From the IMG/VR virus record IMGVR_UViG_3300020050_007888, positions 7,554 to 71,553 of that record: 64,000 nt of DNA, one strand, 5' to 3'. The stretch is from a virus. Taxonomy: Duplodnaviria > Caudoviricetes. Made by a program: the position numbers and the translations under genes. The notes under the pieces are model-generated. The model was given only the letters and a program-made list of their open reading frames with translations. It was not told the DNA's origin and made no database searches. Below are positions 17,842 through 28,600 of the stretch, piece after piece (the stretch's first letter is position 1; every line of letters starts with the position of its first letter).

Positions 17842-18480
17842 ATGTTGACCAAGAGACAGATAGCGGAGGTTATCATCATTCAGAAAAGCGGGGGGCGACC
17901 TTCGAGTGAGAATAATATTGACCAAAGGGATGTGTATGCAGTAGTGGATCAGATCGTAGCTCAGATGATTGCTACTGACATTGAACTGCAACTGCGAGGC
18001 AAGAGAAACTTTTCTATTGACAGCACATGGACAAAGACATTTCCAAAGGTCATCATTCAGTATGACAAGACGCTTGGGTGCTGCTACATTGATCTTCCGG
18101 CAAGCAGAATTGCAGCTTCGGGAGATAGAGATATTTGCATGGTGACATGGCCGCAGTCATTAGACCATCCATTCCCGATGATGGCACAGAGCAGTCAGTC
18201 AGCATGGAGTAACTTGGAGGCTGCATTCTACGGAGAGAGAGTATATAGCTATTATCCCGATGGAGAGCGTTTGATATTTAACAAGATGCCGCGGAGGTTT
18301 AAAGGTCAGAAGTTGCTCGTTACAATGGTAGCCGGCATTGATGGCTACGGTCCTGACGAGACGCTACCGATTCCGGAGAAGTTCGCCCAGGATGTGATCG
18401 AGCGCACCGCAAACTTCTTTAACGTGCAGATTGCAACAAGATCGAAAGTTACTAACGATACAAACGTAAATACGAAATGA
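17842..18480 (+). CDS. Putative tail ring protein
   Basis: CYIDLPASRI...YSYYPDGERLIF...LPIPEKF; coupled within the same operon. Confidence 0.5.
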   Translation: MLTKRQIAEVIIIQKSGGRPSSENNIDQRDVYAVVDQIVAQMIATDIELQLRGKRNFSIDSTWTKTFPKVIIQYDKTLGCCYIDLPASRIAASGDRDICMVTWPQSLDHPFPMMAQSSQSAWSNLEAAFYGERVYSYYPDGERLIFNKMPRRFKGQKLLVTMVAGIDGYGPDETLPIPEKFAQDVIERTANFFNVQIATRSKVTNDTNVNTK

Positions 18481-19226
18481 AGACATTAAGCTACGTTGTG
18501 TCAATGGTACAGGTGGATAGGGATGATTACAGTCCCTCTTCGCTATTAAAGTACGGGCAGTACGCTATCAATACTTTTAAGGAATACATTGCCTTCGCCT
18601 CTAATCCAACGGTAGAGGTGATGTATGCAACCCCGAATGACATTGGATGCGTGGATATGCCACAGGATTACGAGTACTACTTAAAGATAGGCTTGCTTAT
18701 CAACGGCAGGGTGTTCACACTCACGGTCAACAAGGATATGCCATTCAACAGAAGGTGGAATGACTGCGGGGTTGAACTCAACGATGGAGAGATTCTGACT
18801 ACCGACTTCCTGTTTGGATATGGCTGGCAGTACGCAACTCCTTTCGCCGGACATTACCGTGCGGGCAACTACGTAGGAGAGATGTATGGACTTGGCGGAG
18901 GATTTAACAACGCCGGATATTTTCGTGAAGACTGGACCTACCGTAGAATACAGTTTGCCAATATGCCATTCAGCCCTGTTGTTATCGAGTACGCAAGCAA
19001 TGGAGTGAGTATGCAGTCTATCATTGATGACACAGCGATAGACGTGATCCGCTATGGCATTCACCATCAGTTGTCGTTATTCAATGGGACGCAAGCCGAT
19101 CAGGAACGCTACGGTGCAATGCTCACAAGGGCTGTAGATTTATACACTTTCAGAAGGACTTGTCCTACGATGGAAGAATATTTTGACGAACTTTACCGAA
19201 CTACAAAATCAAGTCCTAAGAGATAA
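18477..19226 (+). CDS. Putative tail ring protein
   Basis: VDMPQDYEYYLKIG...VVIEYASNG; coupled between ring and nozzle genes. Confidence 0.5.
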   Translation: MKTLSYVVSMVQVDRDDYSPSSLLKYGQYAINTFKEYIAFASNPTVEVMYATPNDIGCVDMPQDYEYYLKIGLLINGRVFTLTVNKDMPFNRRWNDCGVELNDGEILTTDFLFGYGWQYATPFAGHYRAGNYVGEMYGLGGGFNNAGYFREDWTYRRIQFANMPFSPVVIEYASNGVSMQSIIDDTAIDVIRYGIHHQLSLFNGTQADQERYGAMLTRAVDLYTFRRTCPTMEEYFDELYRTTKSSPKR

Positions 19227-22200
19227 TGTATTCTACCCCACAAGATGCAAGAGTTTTGTCAGGCGTTATGGATCAGGAGAGCGCAGCATGGGCTGTAGCA
19301 CCTGAGAATACGCGCTATGTTCTTAATCTTGTGAACGTGCTGAATCAGCAGCAGGGATCATGGACTAATATCAGAAGTACATTAGAGATTATCAACCCGT
19401 ATTTAAAGGGCGGCACGAATAAGTGCATTGGAGCTTTTGAAGACGTAAGAGATGGAAGCATCATCTATTGTGTGTACAACAGTAATGGTTATCATGCGAT
19501 ATTTCGCTGGTATAGCAATATCGTTGGTGCTACCAACGGAGTGATCGAGAAGGTATATCAGGTAGCGTTCCCAACGGGATACACAAACTATTATCCTAAT
19601 CCTTTAGGGTGGACACCTGAGAGTTTGATTACCGGTATTACCCTTGTCGATGATTTGTTTTTGATTACCGACTACAACAGAAGCCCAAAGTGCATTAATG
19701 CTAAAAGGGCAAATCTGACGGGCAAGCGCAAGGAGTTTAACCTTTACTTTAATACGAATCTTTTAGTACCTACGGTATTTGCTATCAGCACTTATACGCA
19801 AGGGAGTCCTTTGCCGACACAGACAATAGGATGGGCGAGTAACAACCTATCTCTTGCCAACATCATTGATAATTGCATGGTAGCGTATAACAACAATCCT
19901 ACATTCGGATTGGCTGCCAAGTTTGAAAATAAAGGCAATTACATTCATGTAACATTACTTGGAGAAGGTGAGCAATATCATATCGGGCTTACATCATCTG
20001 CGCCTACGTGGGGTGGTATATTGGTAGCGGATAATTTCTATCCTGACTACGTACCACTTCCGGAGTCTCCTGAGCCAATGAGTGAGCAGTTAATAGAGAG
20101 GGTGAAATATCCTCCACTGTGTTCACCAACAGCAAATTTTCAGGCTAACGGAAACGCTGGTAACTTTAATGCTCAGATAGCAAATGTAACGCTACAGAAC
20201 AGTGTTCAGCCTGGGCTACCACCATATAGCTATTACACATGGTATTACTACAGCGGATTATCTGTTATTTCTGATCCGGACGGGTATATAAATGCAGGTG
20301 GAACCAATCAGTTGACAGGAACCTATAGTGTATTTTCAGGATATATCGTAAATAACAATCCATTTCCTATTACGGTATTGTTCACTGTGGAACTTGCGAT
20401 TACCGTAAGTGGCTTTGCTCAGGGAAGTGTACCTGCAAATCCTTCGTGGTTATTCTATCTAAGTACACAGACAAACAGCAGTATTCCTCCAAGCAATGCA
20501 CAGTTATTGTGGCAATGGACTAACGCCTATGCAGGTGGTCAAACATATAATATCACTGCTACAGTACAGAGGACTATACAGCCAACAGAGCAGGTAGGTT
20601 TGTTTGCTACAAGTACAGGCTTAGAAGGAAGCTATACCGGAACCATCTTTGGTAGTGTATTCACAGCCGGCAACAATAACTTTTTATCTGACACATACCC
20701 CCGCTTCAGGGCGAAGTACATCTACAAGGATAATCAGCAGAGCGTATATGGTGCGATCAGCGACACTATTGTTCCTTTAAATGCAGGTCAGAACGAGATA
20801 TTGGTGGACTTCACTGATCCACGCTTAGAAGACACAGATTTAGTCAGCGATATAAAGAATGTGGTTCTTGCAGTGAGTAAAGATAACGGCACGACATGGT
20901 ATGACTTTGCAACCTTAGAGCAATGGGAGTTTGCGGGCGTTGGAAAACAAACGTATATCTATCGGGGTGTTGAGGCTTTGATACCTGTTGCTTCATCAGA
21001 GGCGATATTGTTATACCATGACGTGCCATTACTCAGCGAGTCTCAGGAGTACATTGATGACAGAGTGTGGGATGGAGGACTGGTAAAAGGCTACGATACT
21101 ATTCCTATTGACTTAGATATTGAAGTACTCTTCGAGGACTTGACTATTGATCCTCTGTATAGTTTCACCCTTATCGAGCCACCTGCAAGCGTTACTTATT
21201 GGAGACGTGGATGGAGAGGTTATATCGGCATAGCATACTATGATGATGCGGATAGAAAGACAGCGGTGTGTATTGATCCTAACAACAGCATGGTGTCAAT
21301 TCCATACTACAATGAAACCGAGACGCTGAATCCCGCATACTTACGAATCTCTATCAATAACGCTGCCCCAGAATGGGCGACAAAATACAGGTTCGTGCGG
21401 TCACAGGATATGTCACAGAGTTCATACCTGTTATGGTGTGCGGATGAGTTAGAGTACGTGAACGAAGATGACAGTATCATAAGCCCTACTCCGGTAGCAA
21501 GCACCAAGTATATTCGTATTGGCATTGACAATGTATTGTTCTATACCGACAAGATTTATAAGGGGTCGAAGATTGAGTTCACCTATGTTGATGGAGACAT
21601 GATACGCTTTGTGATGAACACATCGGGAGTCTACTTTCAGGAGAACGACTATGTGATAGCGAAGGTAGAAACTACCTATGTGTACGTGGCGTATGATGGA
21701 AGCATTGGACTTGCAAGTGGATCATCACCTGCATTGGCGCAAGGGGCTATGATTGAGTTTTATTCACCACGACCACAGGTTGAGAAGCCACTGTATTATG
21801 AGTTTGGAGAATGCTTTCAAATTGAGCCACGTACCGACAAGGGAATCACCGGCAAGGTTCATACAGGGAATATCACAAATCAAGTATGGGGTCAGTCTCC
21901 GTATATTGCAATTGGCGCAACTCCGGCAACAAGTGATTTGAAAACAGGCGATGTATGGTTCAGAAACAGAAGGTTGTTTTACAACACATCTACAATCCCT
22001 GGGTACGGAGAGCGAACGCGCTTCATCTCTTCTCAATACCCATCCGACTTTACCGATCAGCCACATGATAACAACGGCAGGGTCAACTCAACGGACGCAT
22101 TAGGTAGAACCGTTCTCGATACCGGAATATGTTTCAGCGATCAGTATGTGACCGGAACAAGGATCAATGGACTGAACGCTGTGCAGCCTGCAAACAATAA

Positions 22201-23509
22201 GGTCTTCTCTACTCAGTATGGAAGGCTGAATAAGATGCAGGTTATCAATAACGATATTCTCAGGTTGATATTTGGCAACGGATTTCAGTTAAGCATATAC
22301 GTCAATCAGGGCATTATTCGTCAGAGTGGAGGAGCTGGCAACATAGTCTCTGTATTGAATGAGGTGGCTGCCAATAGCCACATGATACAGCGTACATGGG
22401 GAACAACAAACCCTGAATCTGTGGTGATTAATGACGAGGGGGATGTTCTTGGCTATGATGAGATCGAAGGATTGTGCTGGATGAGTGCGGGCAACGGCAC
22501 GGTGGATATTAGCGCAAACTACATGGCAAGTACATGGCATGGCTACGGAGAATACCGCAGAAGGCTTGACAGGAAACAGTCGTTTGCGCCTTCTGTCTAT
22601 GACTTGGAAAAGGATTTGTATGTGGTGAGTCTGAATGCACAGCCAGATAAGGTGGAGGTGTTGCCTTCGCTGAATATTAAGCTACCGAACTTTATCGATG
22701 TGTCTGCAAGCTTTAACATTGTTCTTACTCCTAATAATCAGGTAATTTACAATGGTGTAAGTTCATCAAATAATTGGTATGGAATATTGCTTCAGTGCTT
22801 GGTTCCGCCGGGATTCACTGTAGTTCAGGAAGACGATGGTAGCGTAACTATAACAGCCCCCGATGTAGCAACCTATCAGGGTAGTTCTCTTGTCATTGCC
22901 GTGACTTATTTCGGAGAGCGATTTATATACACCTACCCTTTCACGGGAGGTCAGATAGCGGGAGAACTTGCGCCGTTTAGTGCTGTCACCCTTGCTTACA
23001 GTAAGAAAAGAAGGGGATGGATCAACTACTTTAGTTTTAATCCGGAATACTACGGCAGGCTTCGCAATCAGATTGCAGGGTTTGTTGATGGAAGGTTCCA
23101 TCTCCATGAGGCGGGTGTTGGCTACAATAACTTCTACGGAGTACAGTACGGAAGCCTGCTTCAGTATATGGCAAACAAGGATTATCCTAAAGTAAAGACA
23201 ATGAACTCATTGTGGTACAGGGGTAAGGGTAGTTGGGGAGCGAAACTACGCAACCCTGCAACGGCAAGCTATCCGTGGGGACAGGAAACAGAGATGACTC
23301 CGCTTCACTTTGAGTTGCAGGAGGATGGCTACTATTCCAATGTACTGAAGAATAAATTAGACCCACGCTTCCCAAGTACCGATCAGGCGTGGGTAAACGG
23401 AGAAGATATATCGGGAGACGCACCACAAGTGGAGTTGTACAACGATGAAAATACTGAGGTGCGGTTAGATACGGTAAAAACATTATACCTTTATAGCGAA
23501 AATTCATAA
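19226..23509 (+). CDS. Tail nozzle/stabilisation protein (P22 gp10/T7 gp12-like)
   Basis: 1427 aa; N-terminal GVMDQES...PENTRYVLN and propeller-like blades; C-terminal TLAYSKKRRGWINYFSFNPEYY...FYGVQYGS...KVKTMNSL. Confidence 0.7.
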   Translation: MYSTPQDARVLSGVMDQESAAWAVAPENTRYVLNLVNVLNQQQGSWTNIRSTLEIINPYLKGGTNKCIGAFEDVRDGSIIYCVYNSNGYHAIFRWYSNIVGATNGVIEKVYQVAFPTGYTNYYPNPLGWTPESLITGITLVDDLFLITDYNRSPKCINAKRANLTGKRKEFNLYFNTNLLVPTVFAISTYTQGSPLPTQTIGWASNNLSLANIIDNCMVAYNNNPTFGLAAKFENKGNYIHVTLLGEGEQYHIGLTSSAPTWGGILVADNFYPDYVPLPESPEPMSEQLIERVKYPPLCSPTANFQANGNAGNFNAQIANVTLQNSVQPGLPPYSYYTWYYYSGLSVISDPDGYINAGGTNQLTGTYSVFSGYIVNNNPFPITVLFTVELAITVSGFAQGSVPANPSWLFYLSTQTNSSIPPSNAQLLWQWTNAYAGGQTYNITATVQRTIQPTEQVGLFATSTGLEGSYTGTIFGSVFTAGNNNFLSDTYPRFRAKYIYKDNQQSVYGAISDTIVPLNAGQNEILVDFTDPRLEDTDLVSDIKNVVLAVSKDNGTTWYDFATLEQWEFAGVGKQTYIYRGVEALIPVASSEAILLYHDVPLLSESQEYIDDRVWDGGLVKGYDTIPIDLDIEVLFEDLTIDPLYSFTLIEPPASVTYWRRGWRGYIGIAYYDDADRKTAVCIDPNNSMVSIPYYNETETLNPAYLRISINNAAPEWATKYRFVRSQDMSQSSYLLWCADELEYVNEDDSIISPTPVASTKYIRIGIDNVLFYTDKIYKGSKIEFTYVDGDMIRFVMNTSGVYFQENDYVIAKVETTYVYVAYDGSIGLASGSSPALAQGAMIEFYSPRPQVEKPLYYEFGECFQIEPRTDKGITGKVHTGNITNQVWGQSPYIAIGATPATSDLKTGDVWFRNRRLFYNTSTIPGYGERTRFISSQYPSDFTDQPHDNNGRVNSTDALGRTVLDTGICFSDQYVTGTRINGLNAVQPANNKVFSTQYGRLNKMQVINNDILRLIFGNGFQLSIYVNQGIIRQSGGAGNIVSVLNEVAANSHMIQRTWGTTNPESVVINDEGDVLGYDEIEGLCWMSAGNGTVDISANYMASTWHGYGEYRRRLDRKQSFAPSVYDLEKDLYVVSLNAQPDKVEVLPSLNIKLPNFIDVSASFNIVLTPNNQVIYNGVSSSNNWYGILLQCLVPPGFTVVQEDDGSVTITAPDVATYQGSSLVIAVTYFGERFIYTYPFTGGQIAGELAPFSAVTLAYSKKRRGWINYFSFNPEYYGRLRNQIAGFVDGRFHLHEAGVGYNNFYGVQYGSLLQYMANKDYPKVKTMNSLWYRGKGSWGAKLRNPATASYPWGQETEMTPLHFELQEDGYYSNVLKNKLDPRFPSTDQAWVNGEDISGDAPQVELYNDENTEVRLDTVKTLYLYSENS

Positions 23510-23511
23510 CC

Positions 23512-24255
23512 ATGTCATTAGCAGCCGTAGCAGCATTAAAAGCGATACCCGCAGCCTATCAGTTAGGAACGGGAATAGTGCAAGGAGTCCGAGCAAGACG
23601 TATGGCAAAGAACGCCAAGCGTCCCGTGTACGAGATTCCAAAAGAGATTCTGGACAATCAGGGTATTGCAAAGCGGGCGTATGGTGCAGCGTCGATGTAC
23701 GGGATGCCAGGGCAGGGGCGTATTCAAGCCGGTATGGATCAGCAAACAGCGGGATCAGCCCGTAACATTGCCATGAGTCAACAGTCTCCTTCGGCGCAGT
23801 TAATGGGATATGCTGCTTTAGATCAGAACAGCAAGAACGCACAGAACAATTTAGGTATTCAGTCAGCGCAGTTTCGTCAGGGAAACATGGACAGAACAAG
23901 AGGAGGCTTAATGAATGCCAATCAGATTTTAGCGCAGTACAAAGACAAGGCTTATGATAAAAATAAAGAGAGGCCATTCGAGGCAACGATGGCGGCTATT
24001 TCAGCCTTACGTGCGGGTGCGATACAGAATATTTATGGAGGATTGAATGCCGGTGCTGACGTGGCAGCGGGAGCGATAAGCAGGTCGCCACAGAAGACGA
24101 CAGGTGGTGGAGGTGGTATCAGTACCGGTCAGCCTAACAACTTCGGTTCATATTATGGAGATGAAATATCTAAATTAAGAAGTCTACCGCAGTTTGCAAA
24201 TATGCCTGACGATCAGTTTTACTCAATCTTTGGAGAGCAAGGGATTCCAAAATAA
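23512..24255 (+). CDS. Putative ejection (DNA pilot) protein
   Basis: Amphipathic Ala/Gly N-terminus (AAVAALKAIPAAYQLGTGIVQG) and a Q/A/G-rich helical body, directly after the nozzle gene. Confidence 0.6.
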   Translation: MSLAAVAALKAIPAAYQLGTGIVQGVRARRMAKNAKRPVYEIPKEILDNQGIAKRAYGAASMYGMPGQGRIQAGMDQQTAGSARNIAMSQQSPSAQLMGYAALDQNSKNAQNNLGIQSAQFRQGNMDRTRGGLMNANQILAQYKDKAYDKNKERPFEATMAAISALRAGAIQNIYGGLNAGADVAAGAISRSPQKTTGGGGGISTGQPNNFGSYYGDEISKLRSLPQFANMPDDQFYSIFGEQGIPK

Positions 24256-24260
24256 CAACT

Positions 24261-25679
24261 ATGCAAGACCCATCATCATACGTATATCAAGGCAGGGATA
24301 ACACCGGCGCTGCTACTATTCTACGTGACCCGTTTGCTGACTATGACAGAGCGAGAGCACCGAGAAAGAATCCGCTGTTGGATAGTTTGGGTAGAGATAT
24401 TCTAACTTTAGGAGGTAAGGCGCATCCTAAAGATCGTCCTGCATTAAATAAAATGACAGAGGGTTTTGTTAAATTGTATAGTAAGGCGAAGGCAGATAAC
24501 GCAAGTATTGATGCCAACCCTGAAATTTTCAATGAATTAATAACTGCAAAACAGGCATTGACCGACTACACTTCTAAAAGTATTGAGGACTGGAAGACAG
24601 AAAAAGCATGGAGAACACAAATAGCTTCACGTCCCGATTTGTTTGAGGAAAATGCAAGCGGATCAATTGATGCGTGGCTTGATAGCGGTATTGACAGGTC
24701 TTCACTTCCTCCTGTAAAGAAAAAAACCGAATCTGATTTTGTAAAATACTTTCAAGGAAAGGGTGATGAAGTTTATGGCATGGAGTCATATAAGAATGCA
24801 GATGGAGAGTGGAGTTCACGATCTGTATTTGCAGGCGAAAAAGTTCCTGGCGCATGGACAGCAATCAAAGATGCGAACATGAATGATCCTAAGTTTCAGC
24901 AATTTTTAATGGTGGCTGAATCACGGGCAAAAGAAAATGCGGTGTTGCAAGGTGTAGACTATGATATGTTGAGCGCAGAAGAGCAGGCGCAGCTTATTGA
25001 CGCTACAGCACTTGATTTGTTTACAAAGATTAAGAAGACAAGTAAGAGTACAAAATCCGCCGGTGGTGCAGCCCCTATTGACAAAGTAGCTGAACGTGCC
25101 AAGACAAAAGCAGCAGCGAAGAAAGTAGAGTTATCAAAACCTGTCGCACGTATTGTAGCCAAGCCAACCAAAGGAGGTAAGATTGTGAAGAAGGGGCAAG
25201 GCGAAGGCGACGACTACAACGTAGGAAAGCAGTTGCTATATCCTATTGTAAATGCAGAGACAGGCAATCCGGCAGACAACCAACTCATGATATTCGAGGG
25301 AGGAAAGCAAGGAAGACCGCAGCGCATAGAGAAGTTTGAAGGAGATGACCCAATACTGGTCATAGCAACAGGCAAGGATGATGAACTACAAGAGGTGGAG
25401 ATACCACTTACGGCAGCCAATAGAAAGAAACTTGAAACGGAGTACGCCTTTGATTGGGATGTGGTGAGTAATGATCCGACTGTCAAGAAGCAGTTAGATG
25501 CTATTGACTGGAACAAGATAACAGAAGAGGATTTGAAAGAGGCATTAGGAAAAGATGTTTCACCAACTAATAAAGCGAGGTTGCGTAAGGCGATTGAGAA
25601 GAGGAGAGGTGGGAAGAAGGCATCCGCGCAGACACAAAGCGCAGCCGAGAAGTACAAGGAAAAATACGGTCGTAAATAA
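24261..25679 (+). CDS. Putative internal virion/ejection protein
   Basis: Charged helical 472-aa ORF between the pilot protein and the giant protein. Confidence 0.5.
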   Translation: MQDPSSYVYQGRDNTGAATILRDPFADYDRARAPRKNPLLDSLGRDILTLGGKAHPKDRPALNKMTEGFVKLYSKAKADNASIDANPEIFNELITAKQALTDYTSKSIEDWKTEKAWRTQIASRPDLFEENASGSIDAWLDSGIDRSSLPPVKKKTESDFVKYFQGKGDEVYGMESYKNADGEWSSRSVFAGEKVPGAWTAIKDANMNDPKFQQFLMVAESRAKENAVLQGVDYDMLSAEEQAQLIDATALDLFTKIKKTSKSTKSAGGAAPIDKVAERAKTKAAAKKVELSKPVARIVAKPTKGGKIVKKGQGEGDDYNVGKQLLYPIVNAETGNPADNQLMIFEGGKQGRPQRIEKFEGDDPILVIATGKDDELQEVEIPLTAANRKKLETEYAFDWDVVSNDPTVKKQLDAIDWNKITEEDLKEALGKDVSPTNKARLRKAIEKRRGGKKASAQTQSAAEKYKEKYGRK

Positions 25680-25681
25680 TA

Positions 25682-28600
25682 ATGGGAAAGAAGCGTACAT
25701 TTAGAATTGACAATGATATTGTTGATATTCCTGTAGAGGAAGTAGATGTATTTTTGAAAGAAGTCCCAAGTGCAAAAGAGGTGCAGTCGTTTTTAATTGA
25801 CAAAGACACCGTTGATATTCCCATTGAAGAAGTAGAAGTCTTTAAGAGCGAAGTGCCTGACGCAAAGCCCCTCTTCACAGAGGATGCAGACACAACAGAT
25901 GCTCCCATGACACCACCAATGGCAACAGGACGGGATAATCCGGATGAGGATTTGCCCTCTGTTACACTTGAAGAAGGTGGAGAGGTGTCGCCGGTGGTGA
26001 AGATTGATAAGAAGATGCGTGATGTGTTCGTAGATCATGCTACTAAGTTGCCAGATAATATTAAGTTAGATGGCACACGGAGCAATATATTTATAAGTCA
26101 ATTTTCAAAACGTACAGGAGTAGATAAGCGAGCCTTGCGTAAGATATTCAACGAAGGCATCATGGCTGATGAGCAGTTCAAGCAACTGCAAAAGCAATAC
26201 GAGCAAGACCCTGATAACACAGATGTATTATATCAGATCGGTGGATTATTAAATGTACTTGGGAGACACGACCTCGCATACGAAGCCTATGATGCCTTAG
26301 AGGGGAAGCTATATAAGAAGGGAGTAGAGGAATATTCTGATCCGAATAATCCGAATAAGAGACCTGATTACGTTCAACAGAGGCAACTTCCTGCGATTGC
26401 GGGTATGGCATACACAGAAGAACTGAGGGGAAATAAAGACAATGCACAGCGATTAAAGAAGATTGCAGAGCAATACGGATATTCGGGGCAGGAATTTACA
26501 AGTGTTGGTGATGGAAGTTATCAGCAACCAACAAACCCTACACCTTCTACATACGGATTTTCAGGTAAGAAAGGTGGAGATAGTTTGCCTACAAAAGAGT
26601 CTGAGTACTTAAATATGATTGCGGATGGCGTAGGTCAAGTAACTCTTATTAAGCCTATGTCTGAAATGGTTTCACATGGACTTGATAAAGTGGCAAAAGG
26701 GTTGAATGCACCACCATCATCTGCTACAGAAGGCATAGGTATTCCATCTGCAAACCGAACATTGAATCTTGTTACAGGACTTGTCGAAACAGCTATGGGA
26801 GTAGCAGGTATGACCACTCCTGCGGGAGCAGTATTCGGACTTCCGTTCATGCAAGTGCAGAATAGTTTACCTCCTGATGTAGTAGAGTGGATGATGCCTG
26901 TAAGTAAAACTATTCAGGAGTATTATAAACAGCAAGGACAGGAAGTACCCGATTGGGCTACTAATGTTGCCGTTCTTTCAGATTTTGCTGTTATGGCAGG
27001 GTTGCTACATGGCGTTGGGTCGGCAGGTCAAGAAACTCTTGCTAAGGCAAAAAGCAATGCCATAGGAAAGCAAGTAGGCAAACTAATGAGTGATATGCCC
27101 CTTGAAGAAGTCTCTCAGACCCTCAACCACATCGAAGGCAAGATTCAAGAACTTGGAGGCGTGGAGCAGTATGTGGCAGAGCGAACTAAAGTACTTCCTG
27201 AGATAGCGAAACGTGCAGAGGAAATCAAGCAGGACATAAAACTTGAACAGGATTCACAGATCGAAGTAGAACCCTACGAACCAACACCACAACCTAATTC
27301 ACTTGCAACTGTCAAAGACGGAACCTCTGTAATGATGGATGGCAAGGAGGGGATTATTGAGAGAGGAGATGATGGTACATGGTATTTCTTAGACGATGAA
27401 GGCAAGTCAACACAGATAAAGGTAGAGGATAAGTATAACCCTACAGAGCCTCTGACAGAACTTGGAATACAGGTAATGCCGGAAGTATCACCACAGCAGA
27501 TTGCAAGGGCTATGGCGGATGCGGAGAGAGTAGGTGATACCAACTATAAGGGTAAAGAATATTTTGTGTCTATTGATAGAGTAGGTAACGAGAATCCCAA
27601 TGGAGACTTTGTACTACGCAGAATGCCTGATGGCACTTTGAAAGATGTGTTTGATTCGCATCCCGATCCTAAGTTTGCAAAAGAGAGAAAACTTGCAATC
27701 ATTAATCAATTCCTCGCAGAGAAAGGTCTACCTTCCCGTAAGAAGTTGACAGAGGTGGGGAAGAAGGCTGCGGAGAAGCCAGCAGAACCTGTCGTGGAAG
27801 AGATAGTAGAGCCAATTGCAGAGAAGCCTATTGAACCTATCGTAGAGGAGCCAATCATAGCAGAACCCGCAAAGCCTGAACCGATCAAAGAAGCACCTCC
27901 TGTTGAAGCAGAGGGGATAGCCGCTACTGAAGACGCCGTAACGCCTGAAGTAGTGAAGAAAGCCTCCAAGCCAAAGGAGGAGACAAACAGAAATACAGTA
28001 TTATCAGATGTAGATAAATACAATAGCCTACCTAAGAAAGAACGCCAAACGGTAGGAGCTAATTTGTTTGCTAAGATAAAATCAGAGGGAAAGAAATTAG
28101 GATGGGATGTCTCCTACAATGATAAGGGTGATATTATCATGCTTAATAAAAAAGGCAAGAGGCAGAAGAAATCTCCTGTTAAAATGACAGAAGACGAAAG
28201 GAATATAAAATTAGAGAGGCAAAAAAATTGGAGAGAAGCGATGGGCGCATCACCAGTTGATATTCGACATGGCGTATTACAGTTCTTGCTTAGAGGTGGA
28301 TCGTTTAATTATAAGGCATTAGACGCTTACGTAGGATATAAAAATCCAAGCGAATACCCTGCGTTTATTAGGAGTGAGAAGGGTATGGCAATGGATGATT
28401 TTTATACACTTCTTAAAGAAGACATGCCAGAATTAGAGCGCATGGACGATCATGAATTTGGTAATCTTGTAGGAGATGTAATATCTGAATTTGGAGATAG
28501 AACTTCTATGCACGATGCTATTTTAGAGTATGCCGGAGAAGGTTCTGAATGGCGTAATTCAGGATTAGGATTTGAAAGTAAAGAGCATTATCTAAGAGAC